From: Bdellovibrionota bacterium
GTDB lineage: Bacteria; Bdellovibrionota; FAC87; UBA2466
Direction of reading: 5' to 3'
Length of the DNA: 64,000 nt
Assembly (NCBI GenBank): GCA_041749855.1
Contig: JBGTAN010000002.1
Coordinates: forward strand, 17,055 to 81,054
The first letter of the stretch is position 1. The number at the start of each line of letters is the position of its first letter. A model generated the notes under the pieces. The model was not told the origin of the DNA. It worked only from the letters and a program-made list of their open reading frames with translations, and made no database searches. Positions 45,600 through 55,057 of the stretch are shown piece after piece. The position numbers were made by a program, and so were the translations under genes.

Positions 45600-46298
45600 G
45601 CGGTCGCGAGCCGCGCGCAACTTTTCGGCACATTTGTCGACGATAATAGAACCATGCGCCACCGAGATCACTTCGAGATCCGACAACCCAGCGACCTCCC
45701 CGAGCCAAGACTTGAACTGCGATCTGTCTTGCATCAAGAGCATCCGACCGATGCGGGTGATTCCAAAGAAACCGGTACTCCCTAGCCACTTCAAGAAGAG
45801 CCCTTGGATGCCACCCAGATTCGGAAGGTTCATCAGGCAATCGGTTACAACGAGCACTTTGCCGGAAGGGATCTTCAAAACGTAAACCAGTTCCCATTCC
45901 TTTAAACCAGCCGGCTTTAAGCACTGGATTCCGCGAGAAGGAAGGTACTCTTCCGCTAAGGCGTCCACTTTCACCACCTGCTCCACGGCAGAACGGGCCA
46001 CCTTCGGACAAATCACCTTGAGGGCGGGATACCGTTCCTTATACACACCGGCATCCAGGCGATGAATTTTGCTTGGGACAATCAGAACGGCTGGTTCGCC
46101 GAGACTTTCGAGCTCCTTCATGCGCGCGTCATCGAGCGCAATAACGCTATGCAACAGAAGCGTTTGATCGGGAAGTCGATAGACCAACATATTTCGCGGC
46201 ACGGGCCCTCTGGGCGCCATCCCCGTGACCTCCCACAAGCCGGGCTTTATCAGACGCAGTGGGCCATGGGGCAATACGTGTCGCTTCCAGTTGCTCAT
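45594..46298 (-). CDS. MBL-fold protein (DUF4336-like)
   Basis: RNM.V.RL, LHS.I, VP..IHRLD and AHG motifs. Start set at ATG 46298. Confidence 0.75.
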   Translation of the reverse strand: MSNWKRHVLPHGPLRLIKPGLWEVTGMAPRGPVPRNMLVYRLPDQTLLLHSVIALDDARMKELESLGEPAVLIVPSKIHRLDAGVYKERYPALKVICPKVARSAVEQVVKVDALAEEYLPSRGIQCLKPAGLKEWELVYVLKIPSGKVLVVTDCLMNLPNLGGIQGLFLKWLGSTGFFGITRIGRMLLMQDRSQFKSWLGEVAGLSDLEVISVAHGSIIVDKCAEKLRAARDRL

Positions 46299-46338
46299 AG
46301 GTATAATGGGAGTATCCCAATCGAAAGGAATCTCGACA

Positions 46339-48147
46339 ATGCCTAACGCCAAGATACTGCTCGGAGCGGTTTTTTTCCTGGTCCTTTCGGTGCCTGCCCA
46401 TTCGGTTTCTCCCACCGAAAACGCCTACGGGATCATTGTGAAGTTTCGCACCAGTGCCAAGGCTGGGTTTTCTAAGCGCGATCAACTCCATCAATCGCTT
46501 AACACCTCGCTGGTTTACCGACCGAAACGATCCCCCTACGATTTTGTGATGCCCAAAGGCTCTGACCTCCAGCGTGATTATCAGAAGCTGGTTCAACTTT
46601 GCGCGCAATACCAGTCGGCATCAAACGTTGCCGAATGCGAGATCAACTACAACTTGGTGGCGCGTGCCGACGAGCCGAAACCTCTCAATACGATCGCGTC
46701 GACAGAAGCTTGTGGTCTTACGCCTAGCTATGGAACGCCCCTGCTCAGAGACGGAAGCCTGTCACCCTTTTGGGCCCAAGAAGCGGTCGGTTCGGATTTG
46801 GCAGCTTTTCCCAAAAGTGCTTCGCGAATGGGATTTGGCACAAAGGTCGCTTTGGTCGACCGCGACTACCGCACGGCAGACTCTAAGAAAGTCGTGGCCC
46901 CAGTTGTAGCAAGCGCCCCTGGCACGGAACCCCATGGTGCACTCGTGCTTTCGCTCCTGACCGCCGCCACCCCCTACACGTTACAAGCGCCGATTGAGCT
47001 CACCCAGCTTTACGAAGTGCACTCTACGATCGACTTTCAAAAAGTCGCCGAATCGATGGAAGAAAAGGCCGCTCCGGCTGTTGTCCAAATTGGCGTCGGT
47101 CTCGGGGCAAACAGCAACTCGGCGCAAGACGCTCTGAAGCGCATGGCCGCGAAAGCTACCCTTGTTGCCGCAGCAGGAAATGAATGGCCTTCGAGGCTAG
47201 ATCGCAACGATCGCGAGTTCCCGGGAATTCTCGTCGGTAGCGTAACTCCCGAAGGGTACCCTAGCGCCACTTCATCGGCCGGCACCGGGGTCGCGGTATC
47301 TGCCCCCAGCGATCGCTACCTTCAGTCCACCCTCGACGGAAAGACGGCAAAAACCTTTGGCGGAACGAGTGGAGCCGCCGCCATGGTCGCTAGCGCCATT
47401 GCCGCGGCCAAGTTGTTAGTTCCCAGTTTATCTACTTCGGAAATCAAAACCTTACTCCAGAAGACGGCGTTCTTGTCCCCCAATGGACTTGCGGCCAATC
47501 AAGAGAACGGTTCTGGGAGTTTGAATGCGGTAAAGTTCCTTGCTGTCGCAGACCGTATTCGAGCGCAAGGACTGGAAGGCAAGCTACGCGAAAGAGCCCT
47601 TTCTGCAGCGCCCGACACCAAGCTCTATCGGTTTGAAAAGGAATCCAAAGCGGAACTCGAGCGCGCGGCTCCCGTGCTGGCAAACGCCGCAGCTAGCTGC
47701 GAACAAAGGAAAAATGCCTTCAACCAGACTCGTAGAGCGTTCTTCTTGGATCCGAACGGACCGGCTCGGGAAAAGGTCGTCAAGATGCTGCATGAGCAGG
47801 GCCTCAAGACGAATGCACGCTTCATCGAGAACCTCGATCGAGCAACCCTTTTGGTAAAGCTCGCAGAAGATGTGGATTCGAGCGATCCCCTCATTCGCGT
47901 GTCCGCAGCGCGAGTAGCGGGTTACTTGGGCGTAGACGGGCTAGATCTCGTGATGAAGTTTGCAGAGTCGACGGTCCGCTCGCCCGCTAGTGGAGAAGGC
48001 GTACCTAGCACGGGTGGGTCTTTGAAAGGCATTTCCGCATCGATGGATGCGGAGACGCAGAAGATATTGATCAATCGGCTACAGAATCATCGAAATAGCG
48101 ACGTCAAAGCTTTTGCCGAAGCGATCTCGGATACCAGTAAACCTTGA
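46339..48147 (+). CDS. Secreted S8 subtilisin-like protease with C-terminal helical/HEAT region
   Basis: AAGGA RBS, signal peptide and I9-like propeptide. VALVD, HG..V, AAGN and FGGTSGA motifs. Confidence 0.82.
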   Translation: MPNAKILLGAVFFLVLSVPAHSVSPTENAYGIIVKFRTSAKAGFSKRDQLHQSLNTSLVYRPKRSPYDFVMPKGSDLQRDYQKLVQLCAQYQSASNVAECEINYNLVARADEPKPLNTIASTEACGLTPSYGTPLLRDGSLSPFWAQEAVGSDLAAFPKSASRMGFGTKVALVDRDYRTADSKKVVAPVVASAPGTEPHGALVLSLLTAATPYTLQAPIELTQLYEVHSTIDFQKVAESMEEKAAPAVVQIGVGLGANSNSAQDALKRMAAKATLVAAAGNEWPSRLDRNDREFPGILVGSVTPEGYPSATSSAGTGVAVSAPSDRYLQSTLDGKTAKTFGGTSGAAAMVASAIAAAKLLVPSLSTSEIKTLLQKTAFLSPNGLAANQENGSGSLNAVKFLAVADRIRAQGLEGKLRERALSAAPDTKLYRFEKESKAELERAAPVLANAAASCEQRKNAFNQTRRAFFLDPNGPAREKVVKMLHEQGLKTNARFIENLDRATLLVKLAEDVDSSDPLIRVSAARVAGYLGVDGLDLVMKFAESTVRSPASGEGVPSTGGSLKGISASMDAETQKILINRLQNHRNSDVKAFAEAISDTSKP

Positions 48148-48205
48148 TCTCTCGCGAGCCCGTCCCAGTCCCCTCAAAGTCCTCGACGCGAGAGTGTAAA
48201 AAGGA

Positions 48206-48231
48206 AAAGGGCGCGATTTCTCGCGCCCTTT
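48206..48231 (-). terminator. Intrinsic terminator between convergent genes
   Basis: 11-bp stem AAAGGGCGCGA-TTTC-TCGCGCCCTTT with a U-rich tail on the minus strand. Confidence 0.75.
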
Positions 48232-48259
48232 CGTTGGGATACAACGTACAGCGGTAGGA

Positions 48260-48724
48260 TTACAGATGCAGAGTTTTGCTTGCCTTGTTGCGCGAGAGAT
48301 CGCGCGTCGTGGTTCGCAAGCGGCTCGCCAAAGTCTGCGCGACCGCCTGGTGGAACTTCGAGGCAAGGGCGGGATGAACCTCGAAGAGCTTTTGAAGATT
48401 TTTGAAACTGATGCGCACGACTTCCGTATGCTCCACTGCCGTTGCAGTAGCCATCCGCCGCGCGACATCCAAAAACGACATCTCGCCAAAGTGAGAGCCG
48501 GTACCCAAAACGGCGACCTGAAGATCATCTCCCGACTCGGTTCGGTGATTGACCTGAACCGTGCCGTACTTGATGAAGTACATCGAGTCGGCCGAATCGT
48601 TTTGGGTGAAAATCTCTTGCCCTGTTTCGAACTTTACCAGCTCTAGGATGGAAGACAGGGTCTCCAAGTCTTCGGGTGAGAAGGTTTTAAACATGAAACT
48701 GGCGTGCACTAACTTCGTAACCAT
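48260..48724 (-). CDS. Stand-alone cyclic nucleotide-binding domain protein
   Basis: IF.Q.D.AD.MYFI..G.V and FGEMSFLD..RR.ATA motifs. No HTH. Confidence 0.88.
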   Translation of the reverse strand: MVTKLVHASFMFKTFSPEDLETLSSILELVKFETGQEIFTQNDSADSMYFIKYGTVQVNHRTESGDDLQVAVLGTGSHFGEMSFLDVARRMATATAVEHTEVVRISFKNLQKLFEVHPALASKFHQAVAQTLASRLRTTTRDLSRNKASKTLHL

Positions 48725-48845
48725 CGACTTACGTACCTCTATTAAATGTTTATATTCCTTAATCCTACGCCCCGATTGTGAAGGAACTTTGGCGGCGGGC
48801 CCAAGTGCTTGTTCTCTTGGGAAAAGCCTGCTACAAGCCGCTGTC

Positions 48846-49220
48846 GTGGAATTCTTGGATGGCTATTTAATGAACGCGCCGGTTGCCAAAGTGGGACCGC
48901 GCCTTCAGTCGGTTCTTGAGAGTTGGATCGCCCGCTTTCAGAAGTCCGAACCCGCTTGGACGCAGTACCCTGCGCTCCAGGATGGGACTTTGTACGCTAG
49001 CCCACTCGCCCTACCCTTTCTTCTGTCCTATGCCCGACGCGAAGAGTGCCCCGAGTGGGATTGGCGCCTACTGAATCGGGCAGTCCAAAGCTTCCTGCGC
49101 CACCGTCTGGCCAAGGCAAGTAGCGCTCGAGAGATTCGAGCCTTGGGGACCGCCCTGGACAACCTAGATACACTCGTCCCATCTGCACGCGAAGACGGTA
49201 AAAGCCCTGATATTCACTAG
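48846..49220 (+). CDS. Small hypothetical protein
   Basis: 3' part of ORF 48561..49220 that fills the intergenic gap. Start uncertain. Confidence 0.45.
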   Translation: MEFLDGYLMNAPVAKVGPRLQSVLESWIARFQKSEPAWTQYPALQDGTLYASPLALPFLLSYARREECPEWDWRLLNRAVQSFLRHRLAKASSAREIRALGTALDNLDTLVPSAREDGKSPDIH

Positions 49221-49291
49221 TTAACACTGTATCCTCGCAGTATTCGCCGCACTTTCATGGGTTTAGCCCTATCGAGCCGTGCCTAGCATCC

Positions 49292-49307
49292 TGGCGGCCA
49301 CCTTGCA
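49292..49307 (+). promoter_or_regulatory. Sigma54-like promoter
   Basis: TGGCGGCCACCTTGCA upstream of 49331. Confidence 0.5.
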
Positions 49308-49330
49308 CTTGTCTAGCAATAGAGGGGAGC

Positions 49331-49831
49331 ATGGGGGGAATTCGAATCTTCATTTTGAGTCTGCTTTGCGCATTGGCCTTATGGTCAGCAGCAGCCCATG
49401 CTGATGAAGACCCTCATCTCGACCTCTTCCCGGACATGGACGAGGCTTTCGGCGAAATGGAAGACTTTGAGCCCGTCGAATTGGAACCCTCCCGGAAGCC
49501 CGATACCTCGGCTCTTGTGATTCCTTTCGCACCCAAAAAGCCGGAAATCCCACTCCTGTTTCGAGCTGCCGCCTCTGGGTTCTCGGAGTGGAACACGAGT
49601 CGCTACCCGGCACCCGCACCCAAGTCGGAACCCAAGCGCGAGGTCGCGAGCGTTCCCGTTCTCGAGTCCAAACGCCTGGCTGATAGTGCGACTGAAGAGG
49701 AGAAGCACTTTCAGGAACAGGTCATCGAGGCAGGCATCGTGCCGGCGGCCGCAACGTATCGAAAAATTCTCTCTGTTCTGTCGGGCGAGGCCTACGTTCC
49801 CAAAGCGATTACAGAAAGCCAGTCAAAGTAA
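49331..49831 (+). CDS. Hypothetical secreted acidic/Pro-rich protein
   Basis: GAGGGGAG RBS and signal peptide ending AHA. Confidence 0.7.
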   Translation: MGGIRIFILSLLCALALWSAAAHADEDPHLDLFPDMDEAFGEMEDFEPVELEPSRKPDTSALVIPFAPKKPEIPLLFRAAASGFSEWNTSRYPAPAPKSEPKREVASVPVLESKRLADSATEEEKHFQEQVIEAGIVPAAATYRKILSVLSGEAYVPKAITESQSK

Positions 49832-49882
49832 GCCCAAGCAGGTTGCCACGAACGCCCCAAACGGGTAGTGCTTTGCCTTCCC

Positions 49883-51781
49883 ATGAACGCGCAGCTCGTC
49901 TTAGAAAATGTATCCGTTCGACTGCCCAATCGGGTGTTGTTTGAAGATGTAAACTGGACCGTTTACGAAGGCATGCGTGTGGCTTTGGCGGGTCGAAATG
50001 GCTCAGGCAAGTCCACTCTGCTCCGAATTATGGCCGGTCGTTCCGAGTCCTCTTCGGGCAACTGCATTGTCGTAGGGGGTAAGAAGCTGCGCCTCGGCTT
50101 TCTCGATCAGTCGCTTCTAGACTCGGCTGTCGTCGATATCAAGGCCAAGCACGAGATGGGCACCTCGGCGGTGAGCTATATCGTGAGCCGATTGGGGCTG
50201 GGCAAAGATCCGCTTGAATTCGATGAGATCGAAGCGGAGTGGGAAACCCGGAAAATCTTAAGCGGGTTGGGTTTTTCCAACGAGTGGATGGACGGCCCGA
50301 TGGGCGATTTGAGCGGGGGATGGTTGCTCCGCGTGTTCATCGCGGCGGCACTCGTCGAGAAGCCCGAAATCCTTTTGCTCGATGAACCTACCAACCACTT
50401 GGATATTTCCTCCATTCAATGGCTCGAAGAGTTTTTGACCAAGGAATATAAGGGAAGCCTTCTACTCGTAACTCACGACGTTTCACTCCAAAAGCGCACC
50501 ACGGATTCGCTCGCCGTCTTACACGGAGGTCGCTTCTTCTTCCGCTCGCACCAGCGCGATTACCTCACCTTTCGAGACTCTCTGGGTGAAGAAAAGCGCC
50601 TGCTCGAAAAGGCAATTGAAACGACCGAGCGCAAAATCGATGAGAACATGGATTTCTTCATGCGCTTTCGCGCCAAGGCCAATACCGCCAATCGCGCTCA
50701 AAGTAAGTTCAAAGCGGCAGAGGCCCTGCGGGTGGAATTGGCGGAGCAGAAAGCACGGCTCGTTCGCATCGAGGGTTTTAGCTACAACTTAAAGTTCCGG
50801 TTCCGGCATGCGGGGCCGAGTGGCAAATTCCCGGTGGCTACCACGAACTTAGACTTCCGATACGACGAAGAAGGTCCGTGGATTTTAAAGAACGTATCCA
50901 TCGACATTGCCCGAGGTCAGCGCGTTGCCATCATGGGCGACAACGGCGCTGGTAAAACCACCTTGCTCAACGTTCTTGCGGAACGTTTGAAGCCAGTGAA
51001 CGGCCAGCTCATCAACGGCCACAATCTGATGACAGGCTATTTCGGACAGCATCAGCTGGATGAGCTCTCCCTCGACGACACACTCATGGACAATCTTCGT
51101 TCTCGAGCCGTGGGCGTTAGCTACGAAGAAGTGCGCGCCTGGCTAGGCGCTTTCGGGTTCGGCGGCGAAGAAGAAGTGAATAAGAAGGTGCGCGTACTGA
51201 GCGGGGGCGAGCGCGCCCGGTTGGCGCTGCTGCGCATTTTGGTCACTCGCATCAACTTCTGTTTGCTCGATGAGCCTACCAACCACTTGGACATCGAGAC
51301 CAAAGAGCTTCTTAAAGAGGCCATGCGAAACTTCGAAGGCACGACCGTATTCGTCTCCCACGATCGTGAATTCGTCGCCGATATTGCTGAGCGCATCCTT
51401 TACCTAACCAATGATCATCAATGCATTGATCACCTAGGTAACCTGGAATCGTTCTTTGAGAAGTATCCCCAGTATGTGCGGCACCTCGAAGGCCAAGGCA
51501 AGGCCTTGCCCTCTCAAGCCCCTGCCGAGAAAAAGGCGCAATCCACCAAAGACACCCCCAAAATTTCCTTCGAAGAGCGCAAGAAATACAAGAACCAGGC
51601 AAAATCGCTTGAGAAGAAGATTTCAGCTGCTGAAGCGGAGATCGAAACCCTGGGCAAGCAGAAGACCGAAAGTAACTGGGACCCTTCGCTTGAAAAGCGC
51701 CTGAGCACCTTGCTCAGTGAATGGGAAAAGATGTGTTCGGAACTCGAACGCATCCGCCAAATCGTCCCTGACTTACTCTAA
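49883..51781 (+). CDS. ABC-F family ATPase
   Basis: Two NBDs (GRNGSGKS/LSGGW/LLLDEPTNHLD and GDNGAGKT/LSGGE/DEPTNHLD) and no TM. Confidence 0.93.
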   Translation: MNAQLVLENVSVRLPNRVLFEDVNWTVYEGMRVALAGRNGSGKSTLLRIMAGRSESSSGNCIVVGGKKLRLGFLDQSLLDSAVVDIKAKHEMGTSAVSYIVSRLGLGKDPLEFDEIEAEWETRKILSGLGFSNEWMDGPMGDLSGGWLLRVFIAAALVEKPEILLLDEPTNHLDISSIQWLEEFLTKEYKGSLLLVTHDVSLQKRTTDSLAVLHGGRFFFRSHQRDYLTFRDSLGEEKRLLEKAIETTERKIDENMDFFMRFRAKANTANRAQSKFKAAEALRVELAEQKARLVRIEGFSYNLKFRFRHAGPSGKFPVATTNLDFRYDEEGPWILKNVSIDIARGQRVAIMGDNGAGKTTLLNVLAERLKPVNGQLINGHNLMTGYFGQHQLDELSLDDTLMDNLRSRAVGVSYEEVRAWLGAFGFGGEEEVNKKVRVLSGGERARLALLRILVTRINFCLLDEPTNHLDIETKELLKEAMRNFEGTTVFVSHDREFVADIAERILYLTNDHQCIDHLGNLESFFEKYPQYVRHLEGQGKALPSQAPAEKKAQSTKDTPKISFEERKKYKNQAKSLEKKISAAEAEIETLGKQKTESNWDPSLEKRLSTLLSEWEKMCSELERIRQIVPDLL

Positions 51782-51809
51782 GGGGAACTGGTGCTATAGT
51801 GGGCCTTCC

Positions 51810-52802
51810 ATGAAAGTCCTTATCCTTGGTGGTACGAGTTTTTTCGGCAAAGAGATTGTCCGACAGTTCAACGAAGCGGGCCACGAGGTCACTGTTTTCA
51901 CCCGCGGCAATCACGCCCTGAATGATTTGCCGGAACACCGCCATATTCAAGGTGACCGAGAAAAGCTGGAAGACCTCGTTCGGGCGAACGCAGTCGACAG
52001 TTTCGATGTAGTCATCGACAACATCGCCTTCACGGCAGCGCATGTCCGAGCAGCGCTCAAGGCTTTCTCCAAAACCTCGCACTACATTCTTTGCAGCACT
52101 ATCTCGGTCTACCGCTACGCCCCGGCAAAGTACCCCTGGCCGCTCACGGACGGTGAAGTGTCCCATGAATACCAACCGCCAGAGGAAAACTTAGGGGACA
52201 TCCACTGGAAATATGCGCGTGGAAAACTAGAGGCGGAAAAAGAGTGCATGAAACAGCGCAAAGTCCCTTGGACGATTTTGCGACCGACCGTTGTTTACGG
52301 ACCCGAAGACCCGACAGACCTTGGCTTTTGGTACCTCATGCGGCTCCTCAGTGGGGGACCGATGCTTCTTGCGGATAGCGGCTCGCAGAGTTTTCGACTG
52401 CTTTACTCGGTCGATTGCGCGCGCGCTTTTTTGCAAGTCGCGGAAAATCGCAAGCGCGTCCTGCGCAAGTGCTACTTGCTAGGCCAATCTGAGATCATCA
52501 CGCTGCGAGACTTCATCGAAGAAAGCGCCAAGGCGCTTGGGGTCGTTCCTGACTATCTCTGCGTTGCGGGGGAGGTTTTAAAGGAGATGGGGGGCCCTTA
52601 CGCCTCGTTGACCAATATCATTCCAGACAGCAGTGCGGCGCGCCGAGACTTTGGATTCGCCACCACCCCTTTTGCCGACTTTATACGGGTCACCTCCGAA
52701 TGGTTCCGAGACCACTGGAAAGGGGACGAAGCTAAAATGCTGGAATCACGAGACAAAGAAATAGCTTTCGCCCAGCGCTGGAAAACCACCGTAAAAATCT
52801 GA
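51810..52802 (+). CDS. NAD-dependent epimerase/dehydratase (atypical SDR)
   Basis: MKVLILGGT.FFG, Y...K and LRP..VYGP motifs. Confidence 0.88.
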   Translation: MKVLILGGTSFFGKEIVRQFNEAGHEVTVFTRGNHALNDLPEHRHIQGDREKLEDLVRANAVDSFDVVIDNIAFTAAHVRAALKAFSKTSHYILCSTISVYRYAPAKYPWPLTDGEVSHEYQPPEENLGDIHWKYARGKLEAEKECMKQRKVPWTILRPTVVYGPEDPTDLGFWYLMRLLSGGPMLLADSGSQSFRLLYSVDCARAFLQVAENRKRVLRKCYLLGQSEIITLRDFIEESAKALGVVPDYLCVAGEVLKEMGGPYASLTNIIPDSSAARRDFGFATTPFADFIRVTSEWFRDHWKGDEAKMLESRDKEIAFAQRWKTTVKI

Positions 52803-52807
52803 ACTCT

Positions 52808-53881
52808 TTAATTTGCTGCAACAGGCGCAGCAATGGCTTGGGGTGCCAGTCGAGCGAGTCTTTCCGCGCGCGCTTTCGAAGCATGGTGCAGTTGGCCACA
52901 GGCCGCCGCGATATCTCGCCCCCGACTCCGTCGATAGGTCGTCGTGTACCCTTCACCCAGCAAAATGCGCTGGAACTTCAGAATCCGCTCTTCGGGCGGG
53001 CGTTTGAAGTGAATGAAAGAGTTTTCGTTGTAGGCGAGCAGGTTAATCTTGCTCGGTATCCCTCTTAATATTTTGGCTAACCGGTAAGCGTCTTCTTCCG
53101 AGTCGTTAATCCCATCAATTAACAAGTACTCCCAAGTAATCCGAAGCCGGTCAGGCATTCGCAAGGCGCGGCAATTCGCAAGCAACTCCTCAAGCGGGTA
53201 CTTCTTATTAATCGGCATGATGCTCGTGCGTTGCTCGTCGGTGGTTCCATGCAACGAGATAGCGAGCTTCCCGACGTTGGCATCGACAAAGGATTGGATC
53301 TGCGGCACCAGCCCCACTGTCGAAACCGTGATGTGCTTTCGGCCAATTTGGCAGCCCATTGGGTGCTGGAGAATCTCGAGCGCTTCAATCACGTTCTCGT
53401 AATTATCAAACGGCTCACCCATCCCCATGAAAACGATGTTGGTGACCCTGTCAGGAAAGGGTAACGAAAGCAGCTGGTCCACAATTTCCCATGTTTTCAG
53501 ATCGCGGGTGAATTTTTGATACCCCGTGGCACAAAAGCTACAAGCCTGTTTGCAACCGACTTGGGTTGAGACGCAGAGCGTATTTCGCCCTTCGGTTGGA
53601 ATAAAAACCGCTTCAACCTTTTCGCCATCGTGCAGCTTAACCAGGTATTTGATGGTCCCATCGCCACTGTCGAACTGCTCAGCGAGCTCTACTTTTGGCA
53701 AAATGAAATGCTGCGTCAGCCACACGCGAAACTTCTTCGAGAGGTCAGTCATCTCATTGAAGTCATTTACTTTTTTTTGATATATCCACTGAAATAGTTG
53801 TCGGCCTCGAAACGCGGAGTGACCGTGCTCAACCATTTTTTCTTCAAGCTTTGAAAGACGGATTCCCTTAAGATTTTCCAC
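52808..53881 (-). CDS. rlmN: 23S rRNA m2A2503 / tRNA methyltransferase RlmN
   Basis: CVSTQVGC...CSFCAT, MGMGEP and DI.AACGQL motifs. Confidence 0.96.
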   Translation of the reverse strand: MENLKGIRLSKLEEKMVEHGHSAFRGRQLFQWIYQKKVNDFNEMTDLSKKFRVWLTQHFILPKVELAEQFDSGDGTIKYLVKLHDGEKVEAVFIPTEGRNTLCVSTQVGCKQACSFCATGYQKFTRDLKTWEIVDQLLSLPFPDRVTNIVFMGMGEPFDNYENVIEALEILQHPMGCQIGRKHITVSTVGLVPQIQSFVDANVGKLAISLHGTTDEQRTSIMPINKKYPLEELLANCRALRMPDRLRITWEYLLIDGINDSEEDAYRLAKILRGIPSKINLLAYNENSFIHFKRPPEERILKFQRILLGEGYTTTYRRSRGRDIAAACGQLHHASKARAERLARLAPQAIAAPVAAN

Positions 53882-53913
53882 AGCGGCCGCTTTATACCTA
53901 TATTGCGTGTGAC

Positions 53914-53940
53914 TGTCACATAGTGGACTGCCTTAGCGTT
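53914..53940 (+). promoter_or_regulatory. ECF autoregulatory promoter
   Basis: TGTCACA-N16-CGTT upstream of the ECF sigma gene. Confidence 0.6.
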
Positions 53941-53970
53941 TCAATTGCATAGGCATTACAAAGAGGGGTC

Positions 53971-54558
53971 ATGCCGGGGAACTTAAAAAGCTGGTTAAAA
54001 AAGTTGAAGCAGGGGGACCAATCCGCGTTCCTTCCGCTCTATCAAAAAACATCACCGGGCCTTATGCGCTTCTTGATGTGGAAAACCAAAGGAGACCGTC
54101 CGCTGTGTGAAGACATCCTCCAAGAAACGTACGTTCGCTTTTTGCTGAGCGTCGATCGCCTGGAATCACACAATGACGTTGCCGTGCAGTCTTACCTACT
54201 TCAAATCGTACGCAACTGCCTCATCGACAAGGTAGCTCGTACTCCCGAAGCACGACGCCCGCATGTGGCGCTCGATTCTATCGGAGACTTGCCGGAAGCT
54301 TTCGAACGTCGCCAAGAACGCGCTGTGGAACTGAGAGAATTATCTGTCGCAATGGAATCGCTCTCGGACAGAGAATCTGAGATCGTTTGGCTGCGTGACG
54401 GAATGGGTATGTCTCACAAAGAGGTTGCCGACCGAGTCGGGATTTCCGAACAGGCTTCCCGCCAAGCCTATGTGCGCGCCAAGCGCGCCTTGATTGAAAT
54501 GGTGGGCGACGGCTTTGGACACCGGGGAGGGCTGCATGCCGCACCGAAACTGTCCTAG
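53971..54558 (+). CDS. ECF sigma factor
   Basis: Region 2 (EDILQET, YL..IVRN..ID) and region 4 (L...E.EI..LR...GMS..EVA) patterns. Confidence 0.9.
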   Translation: MPGNLKSWLKKLKQGDQSAFLPLYQKTSPGLMRFLMWKTKGDRPLCEDILQETYVRFLLSVDRLESHNDVAVQSYLLQIVRNCLIDKVARTPEARRPHVALDSIGDLPEAFERRQERAVELRELSVAMESLSDRESEIVWLRDGMGMSHKEVADRVGISEQASRQAYVRAKRALIEMVGDGFGHRGGLHAAPKLS

Positions 54559-55057
54559 CCAGGAAGCTCTCATGGGTTTCCTGTCCATGCCTGCAGAAAT
54601 GGGGCGCTGGGAAAGACTGAAAGTTCGTACGCACCTGGTTCGTTGTCTGCCTTGTCAGGAAAAGAAGGCACACATTAAAGCTACCTTTGATTCTTACTTT
54701 CAACCTGAACCCGAAGTGGCTTCTTCTCTCCTACGAGTTTATTCACGTTTGCAACGCGATGAGACTTTGATTTTAAAGGGATGGAAGCTGAACGACTTCC
54801 GTAGTCAGCGCCCTTCCCCCGCACGCCTATTTGCACGGTCTTGGGGCTTTCCCGCTGGGATTGCCGCTGCCTTGGGGCTTTCTGTTATCGCTTTTTCCCC
54901 TGCTTTTCAGGCCACTCAACAGGAAGCGCCTGTGGAATATGCGTCGGCCGCGATGCCCCGATTGCCAATCCGAGTGCGCGATAAGCATTCAGTGAAAGTC
55001 CGTTACGTTCAACCCGAGCTCTTACACAGCGTGGAGTTTGAAACGGGGAGCCCATGA
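54536..55057 (+). CDS. Zinc-binding (HxxxCxxC) membrane anti-sigma factor
   Basis: N-terminal Cys, HLVRCLPC and a TM segment. Confidence 0.78.
   Translation: MPHRNCPSQEALMGFLSMPAEMGRWERLKVRTHLVRCLPCQEKKAHIKATFDSYFQPEPEVASSLLRVYSRLQRDETLILKGWKLNDFRSQRPSPARLFARSWGFPAGIAAALGLSVIAFSPAFQATQQEAPVEYASAAMPRLPIRVRDKHSVKVRYVQPELLHSVEFETGSP

Noticed and set aside
46225-46415. Apparent head-to-head overlap of the MBL-fold and S8 ORFs
   Set aside because: The overlap disappears with starts at 46298(-) and 46339(+), the latter having an RBS and signal peptide.
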